Part shown: in pieces, positions 47,581 to 57,199 of the stretch
How positions within the stretch are numbered: position 1 is the stretch's first letter
Layout: the number at the start of each line of letters is the position of its first letter
NCBI GenBank assembly: GCA_031459385.1
Contig: JAVKIP010000008.1
Span: 89,064 to 153,063 of the forward strand
From: Candidatus Fervidifonticultor secundus
Lineage (GTDB): Bacteria > Sysuimicrobiota > Sysuimicrobiia > Sysuimicrobiales > Humicultoraceae
Length of the DNA stretch: 64,000 nt
Reading direction: 5' to 3'
Program-made: the position numbers and the translations under genes
Notes under the pieces: generated by a model
Seen by the model: only the letters and a program-made list of their open reading frames with translations
The model's database searches: none
Told to the model about the DNA's origin: nothing

Positions 47581-49077
47581 ATGCTCGACCTGCTTTCGGT
47601 GCCGCAGGGACGCAACTACATCGCCGGCCGGTGGGTCGAACCGGCCGGCGATCGCATGCTGACCTCCCTCAACCCAGCCACGGGCGACGTGCTGGGAGTC
47701 GCCCCCGATTCGTCCGCCGCCGACGTGGATCGCGCGGTACAGGCGGCCGCCGAGGCGTGGCCGCGCTGGCGCGCCACCCCGGCCCCGCGGCGGGCGGAGC
47801 TCCTCTTCCGCGCGGCCGAGCTGCTCGTCCGATACAAGGAAGACCTGGCCCGGTTGGCCACGCGCGAGATGGGCAAGATCCTGACCGAGACACGCGGCGA
47901 CGTGCAGGAAGCCATCGATATGACCTACTTCATCGCCGGTGAGGGGCGGCGCCTGCACGGGTACACCACGCCCAGCGAGATGCCGCGCAAGGCCGCCTAC
48001 TGCGTGCGGCAGCCCCTGGGCGTCGTAGGGGTGATCACGCCGTGGAACTTCCCGGTGGCGATCCCGTCGTGGAAGATCGTGCCCGCCCTGGTCTGCGGCA
48101 ACACCGTCGTCTTCAAGCCCGCGCCCGAGACGCCCCTGACCGCCGCGGCGTTTGCGGCCCTGCTGATAGAAGCCGGCCTGCCACCCGGCGTCTTGAACCT
48201 GGTGACCGGCGGTGATTTAACCGGCGCCGCGCTCGTCGACCACCCGGGGGTGGCCCTGATCTCGTTCACCGGCTCGACCGAGGTCGGGCTCCAGGTGGCG
48301 GCCCGCTGCCAGGCGCGGGGCGTGCGGGTTTCGCTGGAGATGGGCGGCAAGAACGCGGCGATCGTCCTCGACGACGCCGACCTCGAGCTGGCGGCCGACG
48401 CCCTGACGTGGAGCGCGTTCGGCACCACCGGCCAGCGGTGCACGGCCTGCAGCCGGATCGTCGTGACCCCGCGCGCACACCAGGAGGTGGTGGAGCGCCT
48501 GGTCGATCGGGCCCGGCGCCTGCGGCTGGGGGACGGCTTGCAGCCCGAGACCGACGTCGGGCCGCTGGTGAGCGCCCGCCAGCGCGAGCGCGTGGAACGC
48601 TACGTGGACATCGGACGCCGCGAGGGCGCGACGGTGGTGGTGGGCGGCGAGCGCCCGCGCCTGCCCGGCCTGGACCGCGGGTTCTTCTACGCGCCCACGA
48701 TCCTGGACGGCGTCGCGCCCGGGATGCGCGTGGCCCAGGAAGAGATCTTCGGCCCGGTCGTGGGCGTCCTGGACGCGCCCGGCCTCGAGGAGGCCATCGA
48801 GATCGTGAACGGCGTGCGCTACGGCCTGTCGGCCTCGATCTTCACGCGCGACGTCTTCGCGGCGATGCGCGCGGTGGAAGAGATCCGCACCGGCATCGTC
48901 TACGTCAACCACGGCACCACCGGGGCCGAGGTGCACCTCCCCTTCGGCGGCACGAAGGCCACCGGCAACGGCCACCGCGAGGGCGGCCTGCAGGTGCTGG
49001 ATGTGTTCACCGAGTGGAAGAGCGTGTACATCGACTACAGCGGCCGCCTGCAGCGGGCCCAGATCGACCGCGACTAG
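47581..49077 (+). CDS. Aldehyde dehydrogenase
   Basis: PWNFP, FTGS, EMGGKN, GQRCTA, EEIFGPV. Confidence 0.93.
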   Translation: MLDLLSVPQGRNYIAGRWVEPAGDRMLTSLNPATGDVLGVAPDSSAADVDRAVQAAAEAWPRWRATPAPRRAELLFRAAELLVRYKEDLARLATREMGKILTETRGDVQEAIDMTYFIAGEGRRLHGYTTPSEMPRKAAYCVRQPLGVVGVITPWNFPVAIPSWKIVPALVCGNTVVFKPAPETPLTAAAFAALLIEAGLPPGVLNLVTGGDLTGAALVDHPGVALISFTGSTEVGLQVAARCQARGVRVSLEMGGKNAAIVLDDADLELAADALTWSAFGTTGQRCTACSRIVVTPRAHQEVVERLVDRARRLRLGDGLQPETDVGPLVSARQRERVERYVDIGRREGATVVVGGERPRLPGLDRGFFYAPTILDGVAPGMRVAQEEIFGPVVGVLDAPGLEEAIEIVNGVRYGLSASIFTRDVFAAMRAVEEIRTGIVYVNHGTTGAEVHLPFGGTKATGNGHREGGLQVLDVFTEWKSVYIDYSGRLQRAQIDRD

Positions 49078-49081
49078 CCGG

Positions 49082-49900
49082 ATGGCGGGCCGCAGGCGGG
49101 CAGCGGGGGCCGGGCTGGTGGCGCTGCTGGCCCTGTCGGGCGGCGCGCCCGCGGGCAGCGCGCCGGCCGCGGCGGTGCGGGTCGTGCAGATCACGGCCGA
49201 CGAGATCACCGTCGATGCCACCACCGGCGATGGCGCGGCGTCGGGCCGCGTGCGCGTCACCGACGGCCAGACGACTGCCACGGCCGATCGCGCCCGGCTC
49301 GCGCGCCGCGAAGGCCAGGTGGTGCTCACGGGTGCGGCGCGGGTAGTTGCGCCCCAGGGGGCGCTGGCGGCTCGCGAGATCACCGTCACCTTCACCCGGC
49401 AGGCGATCACCCGGCTGGTGGCCCGCGGTCAGGCCAGCCTGGAGGCCGAGGAGATGCGGTTGCAGGCCCCGGGCATCACCATCGTGCCGGCCCGCGAGGA
49501 GGTGGCAGCAGACGGCGGCGTCGCGCTGGCGGTCCCGCCGGACGTCACCGCCCGCGGCCAGCGGTTTGCCTACCAGCGGGTGGGGGGCCAGATGCTGCTG
49601 GACGGCGACGTGCGCGTCGTCACCCGCGACGGCGTGCTTGAGGGCACGCGGCTCGATGGCGACCGCCGGCTGCGCCGCCTGCAGATGCAGGGTCCCGTGC
49701 GCGCCACGTACGGCGAGATCCTGGTGCACAGCCAGGCCGCCGCCGTCGACGGCCAGGAGCGGGTAGCGGTTTTCACCGGCCAGGTGCGGGCGACACAGCC
49801 GGGACGCTGGCTGACGACCGACCGGCTGACCGTCTGGTACGCGCAGCGCCGCATGCGGGCGGACGGGCCCACGCGGATCCACGTGGACCCGCAGCCCTGA
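49082..49900 (+). CDS. LptA/OstA-like periplasmic beta-jellyroll protein
   Basis: Signal peptide, then VQITADEI..D, repeated G.V.V....... A/ beta motifs and AVFTGQV...Q....L..D.L. Confidence 0.65.
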   Translation: MAGRRRAAGAGLVALLALSGGAPAGSAPAAAVRVVQITADEITVDATTGDGAASGRVRVTDGQTTATADRARLARREGQVVLTGAARVVAPQGALAAREITVTFTRQAITRLVARGQASLEAEEMRLQAPGITIVPAREEVAADGGVALAVPPDVTARGQRFAYQRVGGQMLLDGDVRVVTRDGVLEGTRLDGDRRLRRLQMQGPVRATYGEILVHSQAAAVDGQERVAVFTGQVRATQPGRWLTTDRLTVWYAQRRMRADGPTRIHVDPQP

Positions 49901-49936
49901 GGGGTCGCGCGGCGCGTCCGCAGGGAGGCGAGAGCG

Positions 49937-50845
49937 ATGGTCATCGAGCGCGTCCGGCGTCCGGTGCTGGACGACCTGCCGCTGGCGCAGGGCAAGCGCG
50001 CGCGGCTGTACCGCCTGCTGTACGCGCACGGTCCGGGCCGCGGCACGATGCTGGTGCTGCCGGTGGACCAGGGCCTGGAGCACGGGCCCGGCGACTTCCT
50101 GCCCAACCCGCCCAGCGAGCGGCCCGAGTTCCAGATCCGGCTGGCGCTGGACGGCGGCTACTCCGCGGTCGCCTTCCACTACGGCATCGCGGCCCGCTAC
50201 CTGGCGCCCTTCGCGGGCCGCATTCCCCTGATCCTCAAACTGAACGGGAAGACGAACATCCCGCCGGAAGACCGGCCGCTTGCGGGACTCACCGGCACCG
50301 TCGAAGACGCCGTCAGGCTCGGCGCCGACGCGGTCGGCTACACACTCTACGTGGGCTCGCCGCGCCAGGACGAGGACATCGCGCAGTTGACCCGCGTGCG
50401 GGCAGCCTGCGACCGGTACGGGATGCCCCTGGTCGTGTGGGCCTATCCGCGCGGCGAGGCGGTCGAACGCGCGGGCGGCCGCGACAGCCTCTACGCCGTG
50501 GACTACGCAGCGCGGGTGGCGGTGGAGCTGGGCGCCGACGTGGTGAAACTGAACCCGCCGGTGCCGGATCCATCGCGCGCGGGCCTGCCCAGGCCCTACG
50601 CCGACCTGAGCCTGGACGCGCGGGCCGCGGTGGAGAAGGTCGTGCGGACCGCGGGGAGCGCCTTCGTACTGTTCTCGGGCGGCCAGCGGCTCGACGACGC
50701 CGACCTGCTGGCGCGGGCGCGGCTGGTCATGGAGGCCGGGGCCACGGGGCTGATCTTCGGCCGCAACCTGTGGCAGCGGCCGATGGCCGATGCCCTGCGC
50801 CTGAGCGCCGAGATCCGCGCGATCATGCTGGCCGCGGTGCAGTGA
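49937..50845 (+). CDS. Class I fructose-bisphosphate aldolase (DhnA/FbaB family)
   Basis: LPVDQGLEHGP, LKLNG, GADAVGYTLYVGS, WAYPRG, ADVVK, IFGRN. Confidence 0.88.
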   Translation: MVIERVRRPVLDDLPLAQGKRARLYRLLYAHGPGRGTMLVLPVDQGLEHGPGDFLPNPPSERPEFQIRLALDGGYSAVAFHYGIAARYLAPFAGRIPLILKLNGKTNIPPEDRPLAGLTGTVEDAVRLGADAVGYTLYVGSPRQDEDIAQLTRVRAACDRYGMPLVVWAYPRGEAVERAGGRDSLYAVDYAARVAVELGADVVKLNPPVPDPSRAGLPRPYADLSLDARAAVEKVVRTAGSAFVLFSGGQRLDDADLLARARLVMEAGATGLIFGRNLWQRPMADALRLSAEIRAIMLAAVQ

Positions 50846-51981
50846 CGTCGTCGCACCCGCCCTCGCGCGCCGCTGGCCGGCCCACTGCGCCGCCGTGGCT
50901 GGGGCCCCTGCAGGCGCTGGTCGCCAACCCGCTGCCCGCGGTCGCCGCGGCGGGCCTGGCCGGCCTGGTCGGCGCCCATCCCTCGTCGTACGCGCGCAGC
51001 CCGCGCATGTGGGCGCGGGCGTTCGCGGTGCTCGGCATCGACGCTGTCTACCTGCCGCTGGACGTGCCCGCCGGCGGCCTGGCCGCGGTGCTCGCCCTGC
51101 TGCGGCGCACAGATAGCGCGCTGGGGGTGAACGTCACCGTACCTTATAAAGAAGCGGTGGTGCCGCTGCTGGACGCCCTCGAGCCGGAGGCGGCGAGCAT
51201 CGGCGCGGTCAACACCGTGACCCGTGCCCGGGGCGGCCGGCTGGTCGGTGCCAACACCGACGGCGCGGGCCTGCTGGACGCCCTGCAGCGGCCGGGCGAC
51301 GGGCTGCCGCTGGTGCCTCGCCTGGAGGACCTGGTGGTGCTGCTGATCGGCGCTGGCGGCGCGGCGCGCGCGGCAGCCTTCGCCCTGGCGCCCCACCTGG
51401 CCGAGGGGCAGCTGCTGATCACCAATCGCCACCTGGCGCGGGCGCAGGCGCTGGCCGCGGCGGTCCGCGCTTCCGGCGGCCGCGCCGAGGCCGTCGGCGA
51501 CGACGCCCTGGACGACGTGCTGCCCGGCGTGCGCCTAGTGATCAACGCGTCGGTGCGGGGTCAGGCCGGCATCGTGGCCCGCGACGACGGGTGGACCTTG
51601 CTGGAGCCCTATTCGGCCCTGGCGCCGGCGTCGCCACCGGTGCTACCGGCGCAAGACGCCGCTGCCTTCGCGGCGGCGTTCGCGGCGCAGGCCGCGGCCG
51701 ACCTCGCGGCGAACCACGCGCGCTCGCGGGCGCGGATGCGCCTGCTGCCGCCGGACGCCGTCGTCTACGACATGATCTACGCGCCGCGCGAGACCACGAC
51801 GATGCGCCACGCGCGCGAGGCCGGGCTGCGCACGGCCGGCGGCCGGTGGATGAACATCGCGCAGGCCGTCTGTGCGTGCCTGGATCATCTCTGCAGGGAC
51901 GCGCTCGCGGCGCGGGGGATCGACCCTGCGGCGGTCCGCCCGGTCGTGACGCGCGCGATGGCTGAGGCCTGGGGGGAGTGA
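50842..51981 (+). CDS. aroE: Shikimate dehydrogenase family protein (divergent, with insertions)
   Basis: RSP, NVTVPYKE, GAVNT, NTDG, GAGGAARA, TNR, YDMIYAP. Confidence 0.82.
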   Translation: MTSSHPPSRAAGRPTAPPWLGPLQALVANPLPAVAAAGLAGLVGAHPSSYARSPRMWARAFAVLGIDAVYLPLDVPAGGLAAVLALLRRTDSALGVNVTVPYKEAVVPLLDALEPEAASIGAVNTVTRARGGRLVGANTDGAGLLDALQRPGDGLPLVPRLEDLVVLLIGAGGAARAAAFALAPHLAEGQLLITNRHLARAQALAAAVRASGGRAEAVGDDALDDVLPGVRLVINASVRGQAGIVARDDGWTLLEPYSALAPASPPVLPAQDAAAFAAAFAAQAAADLAANHARSRARMRLLPPDAVVYDMIYAPRETTTMRHAREAGLRTAGGRWMNIAQAVCACLDHLCRDALAARGIDPAAVRPVVTRAMAEAWGE

Positions 51982-51985
51982 GCGG

Positions 51986-53029
51986 ATGCGCGCCGTGCGC
52001 ATGCACCGGCACGGAGGGCCGGAGGTGCTCGTCTACGAGGAGGCGCCCGACCCGCGCCCGGGGCCGCTGGAGGTGCGCGTGCGGGTGCGGGCCGTGGCCC
52101 TCAACCACATCGACCTCTGGGTGCGGCGCGGGCTGCCGCGCCTGCGCCTCCAGTTCCCCCATATCCTGGGAGCCGATATCGCCGGTGTGGTGGACGCCGT
52201 GGGCGCCGGCGTCGCCGGCGTCGCGCCTGGCGACGAGGTGGTGCTCGCACCCGGGGTCTCCTGCGGGCAGTGCAGGTGGTGCGTCGCCGGCGACGACACC
52301 CTCTGCCCGCAGTTCTCGATCTTCGGCGAGCACATCCCGGGCGGGTACGCGGAGTTCGTGGTGGCCCCGCGGGTGAACGTGCTGCCCAGGCCGGCGCACC
52401 TCGACTTCGCCCACGCCGCCGCCGCGCCGCTGGTCTTCCTCACCGCGTGGAACATGCTGGTGACCCACGCGCGTATCGAGAGCGGCGAGACCGTGCTGAT
52501 CTGGGGCGCGGGCAGCGGCGTGGGGAGCGCGGCGATCCAGATTGCGCGCCTGCGCCATGCCCGCGTGATTGCCACGGCCGGTGCCGACTGGAAGCTGGAG
52601 CGCGCGCGGGCCCTGGGAGCGGAAGCGGTGATCAACCACACCACCGAGAACGTCTACGAGGCCGTGCGGCGGCTCACGGATCGCCGCGGCGTGGACGTCG
52701 TGTTCGACCACGTGGGCGCGGCCACGTGGGACGTCAGCATCCGCGTTCTGGCCCGCGGCGGCCGCCTCGTGACCTGCGGCGCCACCACCGGCCCCGAGGC
52801 CACGACCGACATCCGGTACATCTACGGCCGGCAGCTCAGCATCTTCGGGACCTGGGTGGGGGCCAAGCGCGAGCTCCTCGACGTAATGGCACACGTCGGC
52901 GCCGGCCGCCTGCAGCCCGTGGTGCACGCGGTGCTACCCCTGGAGGCCGCCCGGGCCGCCCACGAGATGATGGAGCGGCGCGAACAGTTCGGCAAGATCG
53001 TGCTGGCGGTGCCGGACGGAGGTGCCTAG
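51986..53029 (+). CDS. Zn-binding MDR oxidoreductase
   Basis: ALNHIDLW, CGQCRWC..C, GAGSGVG, QFGKIVL. Confidence 0.88.
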   Translation: MRAVRMHRHGGPEVLVYEEAPDPRPGPLEVRVRVRAVALNHIDLWVRRGLPRLRLQFPHILGADIAGVVDAVGAGVAGVAPGDEVVLAPGVSCGQCRWCVAGDDTLCPQFSIFGEHIPGGYAEFVVAPRVNVLPRPAHLDFAHAAAAPLVFLTAWNMLVTHARIESGETVLIWGAGSGVGSAAIQIARLRHARVIATAGADWKLERARALGAEAVINHTTENVYEAVRRLTDRRGVDVVFDHVGAATWDVSIRVLARGGRLVTCGATTGPEATTDIRYIYGRQLSIFGTWVGAKRELLDVMAHVGAGRLQPVVHAVLPLEAARAAHEMMERREQFGKIVLAVPDGGA

Positions 53030-53814
53030 CAGGCGCGGCCGGGACGCCGCGCCCCGGGCGCGGCCGACGGCGGGCGCGAGGCCTGCGCGTCGTCTTGGCC
53101 GATCCACTGGGCGCCGTCGGCCCAGACCTCCTTCTTCCAGATGGGCACCGTCTGCTTGAGGGTGTCGATGGCAAACCGACCGGCGTCGAACGCCTCGCGC
53201 CGGTGGGGCGCCGCCGCGGCGATGGCCACGCTAATCTCGCCGATGGCCAGCGTGCCGACACGGTGGACCATGGCCACGCGGGCACCGAAGCGGCGGGCTG
53301 CCTCCGCGGCGATGCGCTGCATCTCGGCACGCGCCAGGGTCTCGTACGCCTCGTACTCCAGCCGCTGGACCCTGCGGCCGCGCGAGTGCTCGCGGACCGT
53401 GCCCAGGAAGAGGACGACGGCGCCGGCATCAGGGTGCCGCACCGCGTCCAGCAGCGGATCGACGCGGATCGGGTCGGCGACGAGGTCGACGGACACCACC
53501 GCGCCGGGACGCTCCTCCTCGCCACCGGCCGGGCCCTCCGCAGCCGGCTCGCCTGCGGCCCCGGGGCCGGCACCGCCGCTCACCGGGGCCAGCAGCGCCA
53601 CCTGGTCGCCGGCGCGGAGCCGGTGCTCCGGCGGCTGCACGGCGTCGTTGACGGCGACGGCCGCGGGCGCCGGCAGCCCGTCGAGCCGGGGGTGGTCTCG
53701 CAGCAGCACGGTCCACACTTGGCCCGCGGTGGTGCCGTCGGGAACCTCGAGGACCAGCGCCGCCGCGCCCACGGCTTCGCGGTAGGCGGCGAAGAGACGG
53801 ACGGTGATGTGCAT
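53026..53814 (-). CDS. moaD-moaE: Fused molybdopterin synthase MoaD-MoaE (MoaX-like)
   Basis: VRLFA..RE, AVN, APVSGG, linker, then GAVVLFLGTVRE, LEYEAY, HRVG, PIWKKE. Confidence 0.92.
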   Translation of the reverse strand: MHITVRLFAAYREAVGAAALVLEVPDGTTAGQVWTVLLRDHPRLDGLPAPAAVAVNDAVQPPEHRLRAGDQVALLAPVSGGAGPGAAGEPAAEGPAGGEEERPGAVVSVDLVADPIRVDPLLDAVRHPDAGAVVLFLGTVREHSRGRRVQRLEYEAYETLARAEMQRIAAEAARRFGARVAMVHRVGTLAIGEISVAIAAAAPHRREAFDAGRFAIDTLKQTVPIWKKEVWADGAQWIGQDDAQASRPPSAAPGARRPGRAC

Positions 53815-54718
53815 GGACGGGGTCGCGCTTCGGGCGCATCGTAGCACGGGGGCGCGGGCCTGTAAAGGAACGGCGACCGCGCGTCGTGCGGCCGCGGGGC
53901 TGGCGCTGGCACTCGTGGTCCTGGTGTGGCCGGCCCCGCCTGCTCGCGCCGCGCTGATCAGCGAGGCGCAGGAGATCCGCATCGGCCGACAGGCGGCCGC
54001 AGAGCTCGAGCAGGAGTCCCCGCTGAGCCGCGATGCCGGCCTGCAGGCCCGCGTGGCCGGCGTCGGCCGGCGCATCGCCGCGCGCTCGGCCCGGCCCGGC
54101 CTGCCGTACGAGTTCAAGGTCCTGCGGGCGCACGAGGTGAACGCCATCTCGCTGCCGGGCGGGTTCATCTACGCCACCGAGGGGCTCGTGCGCTTCGTGC
54201 AGTCCGACGACGAACTGGCCTTCGTGCTGGCGCACGAGGTGGGGCACGTCGCGGCGCGCCATCACGTCCAGCTGCTGGAGCGCCACTTCTTCCTGGCCCT
54301 GGTGGCCCAGCTGCTCGTCGGCGGCGATCCCACCGCAGCGCAGGTGGCGGCCATCGTGCGCTTCTTCGTGCAGCGCGGGTTCTCGCGCGAGTTCGAGTTC
54401 GAGGCCGACCGCCTGGCCGTCGCCTACACCCACCGGGCCGGCTTCGACGCGGCAGCAGGGCTGACGTTCATGCGCCGGCTGCGGGCCGCGGAGGGCCGCG
54501 CCCCCGACCAGTTCGAGGTGCTGTTCCGCACCCATCCCGGGCTGGCCGACCGCATCGAGCGGGTGCGGCAGGAACTACGTCAGCTCGGCTACCGGGTCGC
54601 CCTCGGCTTACGGCGGCGCGAAGGCGCGCTGCCGCGCGCGGCTGCCCCACGCCACGCCGCGGTCCTGTCGCGCGCGCGCCCGCGGCATCCGCGCGTCCAC
54701 CACCCGGCGGTCGCGTGA
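53813..54718 (+). CDS. M48-family Zn metallopeptidase, exported; start uncertain
   Basis: Signal-like segment, NAISLPGG, HEVGH, EADR, THP..RI. Confidence 0.85.
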   Translation: MDGVALRAHRSTGARACKGTATARRAAAGLALALVVLVWPAPPARAALISEAQEIRIGRQAAAELEQESPLSRDAGLQARVAGVGRRIAARSARPGLPYEFKVLRAHEVNAISLPGGFIYATEGLVRFVQSDDELAFVLAHEVGHVAARHHVQLLERHFFLALVAQLLVGGDPTAAQVAAIVRFFVQRGFSREFEFEADRLAVAYTHRAGFDAAAGLTFMRRLRAAEGRAPDQFEVLFRTHPGLADRIERVRQELRQLGYRVALGLRRREGALPRAAAPRHAAVLSRARPRHPRVHHPAVA

Positions 54719-55659
54719 TGCGCATCGCCGACCCCTACGCGGGTGCCGGCACCTGGCGGCGTGCGCAGCTGCACTGCCACACCCGTCGCTCCGACGGCCG
54801 CTTTCCACCGGCGGACCTGGCCCGACGCTACCGGGACGCCGGCTACAGCTTCGTCGTCTTCACCGACCACCACCGGGTCACGCGCTGCGACGATCTCAAC
54901 GGTGCCGGCTTCGTGGCGCTGCCGGGCGTCGAGGAGACCGTGGCCCGGGGCATGCGGCCGTTCGGCCCCCACCTGGGCCGGCTCCTGGTGCACGACGTGA
55001 TCGGCGCGGGCCCGGCGGACGCGCGCATCCGGCGGACGCTGGCCTCCGGTGGGGTGCCGAGCCTGCACCATCCGTCGTGGACTGGCAACTTCTGGACCGG
55101 CACCTGGACGGCGCAGATGCTGGCGGCGCTCCCGGGGCCGTTCCTCGTGGAGGTGTGGAACCCGCACTCGACCCCCGAGGAGGACCTCCGGCGCTGGCTG
55201 CACGCCGTGCAGGCGCACGGACCGGACGTCGTGGTCGCGGCGGCCGCCGGCGACGACTGCCACGTCGAAGCGCAGTTCGACCGCGGGTGGGTGGTGGTCA
55301 AGGTCGAGGCCGTGACCGCGGCCGCGCTGCGCCAGGCGCTGCTCGGCGGCGCGTGTTACGCCAGCACCGGGGTGGACGCGACCTTCGGCGTGCAGGGGCA
55401 GGCGATTGTGGCCCTGGCCCAGGCCGACGACGTGCTCGTCTTCGACGCCGCCGGACGGCTCCGGCGCCGCCTCGGATCCGGCGGCGGTACGTACCTGCCC
55501 GAGGGCGACGAAGGGTTCGTGCGGTTCGAGTGTCACGCGGGGCCGCGCCGGGCGTGGAGTCAGGTTTTCTGGATCACCCCGGAGGGCGCCGACGGCGGCG
55601 CGCGCGAGAGGAGCCGGCCGGGGACCGGGGAACAGAGGGTGGAGGGGGGCCACGCATGA
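54718..55659 (+). CDS. PHP-domain metallohydrolase (CehA/McbA-like)
   Basis: LHCHTRRSDG, FTDH, GVE, HP, EVWN, GDDCH. Confidence 0.8.
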   Translation: MRIADPYAGAGTWRRAQLHCHTRRSDGRFPPADLARRYRDAGYSFVVFTDHHRVTRCDDLNGAGFVALPGVEETVARGMRPFGPHLGRLLVHDVIGAGPADARIRRTLASGGVPSLHHPSWTGNFWTGTWTAQMLAALPGPFLVEVWNPHSTPEEDLRRWLHAVQAHGPDVVVAAAAGDDCHVEAQFDRGWVVVKVEAVTAAALRQALLGGACYASTGVDATFGVQGQAIVALAQADDVLVFDAAGRLRRRLGSGGGTYLPEGDEGFVRFECHAGPRRAWSQVFWITPEGADGGARERSRPGTGEQRVEGGHA

Positions 55660-57089
55660 CGACCGTGCCGGAGGCCGCATCGCACGTCGAGGACTGCGCC
55701 GCCGCCTACGCGGCGTTCCTCGCCGCCTACCCGGAATACCGCGAGACGCACCTGCTGGACGAACTGCGCGCCACTGACTACGCGCGGCTGGACGCGGCCG
55801 GGCACGCCTACCTGGACTACACCGGCGCCAGCCTCTACGCCACGTCCCAGGTGGCCGAGCACCACGAGATGCTGCGCCGCCGCGTGCTGGGCAACCCCCA
55901 CTCGCAGAACCCCGCGTCGCAAGACGCCACGGCACTGGTGGAGGAGACGCGAGACGCCATCCTGCGCTACTTCAACGCGCCACCCGAGGAGTACGTGGCG
56001 ATCTTCACGCCCAACGCCACGGGCGCGCTCAAGCTGGTGGGCGAGGCCTACCCGTTCGCCTCCGGCGACCGCTACCTGCTGACGTTCGACAACCACAACT
56101 CGGTGAACGGCATCCGCGAGTTCGCACGGGCACGGGGCGCTGGGGTCACGTACGCGCCCATCGTGCTCCCCGACATGCGCATCGACGACGGGCAGCTCGA
56201 CGCGCAGCTGCGCGCGGGCCCCGGCGCCCGCGGGCTGTTCGCCTACCCGGCCCAGTCCAACTTCTCGGGCGTGCAGCACGGGCTGGAGTGGGTCGCGCGG
56301 GCCCGGCGCCATGGGTGGGACGTGCTGCTGGACGCGGCTGCCTTCGTGCCGACGAACCGGCTCGACCTGGCGCGGTGGAAGCCCGACTTCGTAGCGCTGT
56401 CGTTCTACAAGATGTTCGGGTATCCCACGGGGGTCGGGTGCCTGCTGGCACGGCGCCAGGCGCTGGCGCGCCTGCGGCGGCCGTGGTTCGCCGGCGGGAC
56501 CATCACTGTGGCCTCGGTCCAGGGCGACCGGCACTACCTGGCGGAGGGCGCGGCCGCCTTCGAGGACGGCACCGTGAACTTCCTCGCGATCCCCGCGGTC
56601 GCCATCGGCCTGCGGTACCTCGAGCGCGTCGGCGTCGAGCGGATCTCCCGGCGGGTCCGCTGCCTGACGGCGTGGCTGCTGGCACAGCTCCAGACGCTCC
56701 GGCACCGGTCCGGGGCGCCGGTCGTGCGGATCTACGGCCCCACCACCACGGCCGGTCGCGGCGGCACGATCACCATGAACTTCTACGACGACCGCGGGCG
56801 CTCCATCGACCACCGGGTGGTGGAGCAGGCCGCCGCAGCGGCGAAGATCTCGCTGCGCACCGGGTGCTTCTGCAACCCCGGGGGCGGCGAGGTCGCCCTG
56901 GGCCTGGACCGCACCGAGCTCATCGCCTGCTTCAACCGGCCGGAGGACCGGCTGACGATGGACGACTTCCGGCTGTGCATCGACGGCAAGAGCAGCGGCG
57001 CGGTGCGCATCTCGCTGGGGATCGCCAGCAACTTCGCCGACGTCTACCGCTTTGCGGCGTTCGCGCGCGGCTTCGCCGACTATGCCTGA
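55656..57089 (+). CDS. PLP class V enzyme resembling the N-terminal domain of Moco sulfurase (MOCOS/ABA3)
   Basis: YLDYTGASLY, GNPHS, PAQSNFSG, SFYKMFGYPTGVG, FEDGT, LRTGCFCNPG, GAVRISLG. Confidence 0.82.
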   Translation: MTTVPEAASHVEDCAAAYAAFLAAYPEYRETHLLDELRATDYARLDAAGHAYLDYTGASLYATSQVAEHHEMLRRRVLGNPHSQNPASQDATALVEETRDAILRYFNAPPEEYVAIFTPNATGALKLVGEAYPFASGDRYLLTFDNHNSVNGIREFARARGAGVTYAPIVLPDMRIDDGQLDAQLRAGPGARGLFAYPAQSNFSGVQHGLEWVARARRHGWDVLLDAAAFVPTNRLDLARWKPDFVALSFYKMFGYPTGVGCLLARRQALARLRRPWFAGGTITVASVQGDRHYLAEGAAAFEDGTVNFLAIPAVAIGLRYLERVGVERISRRVRCLTAWLLAQLQTLRHRSGAPVVRIYGPTTTAGRGGTITMNFYDDRGRSIDHRVVEQAAAAAKISLRTGCFCNPGGGEVALGLDRTELIACFNRPEDRLTMDDFRLCIDGKSSGAVRISLGIASNFADVYRFAAFARGFADYA

Positions 57090-57153
57090 GGCCGGTGCCC
57101 ACGGTCACCGCGATCGGTCGGCACCCCGCGGCGCGCGGCGTCGAGATGCTGCC

Positions 57154-57199
57154 GGTGACTGCGCCGGCACGCCTGCGGTGACGCCCCCGGCACGTCTGC
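57154..57199 (+). repeat. Imperfect 23-bp tandem duplication spanning the helicase start
   Basis: GGTGACTGCGCCGGCACGCCTGC / GGTGACGCCCCCGGCACGTCTGC. Confidence 0.7.

Noticed and set aside
49937..51981. Archaeal-type alternative shikimate entry (ADH synthase next to aroE)
   Set aside because: Motifs (DQGLEHGP, LKLNG, WAYPRG) fit class I FBP aldolase, and no type II dehydroquinate synthase is adjacent.
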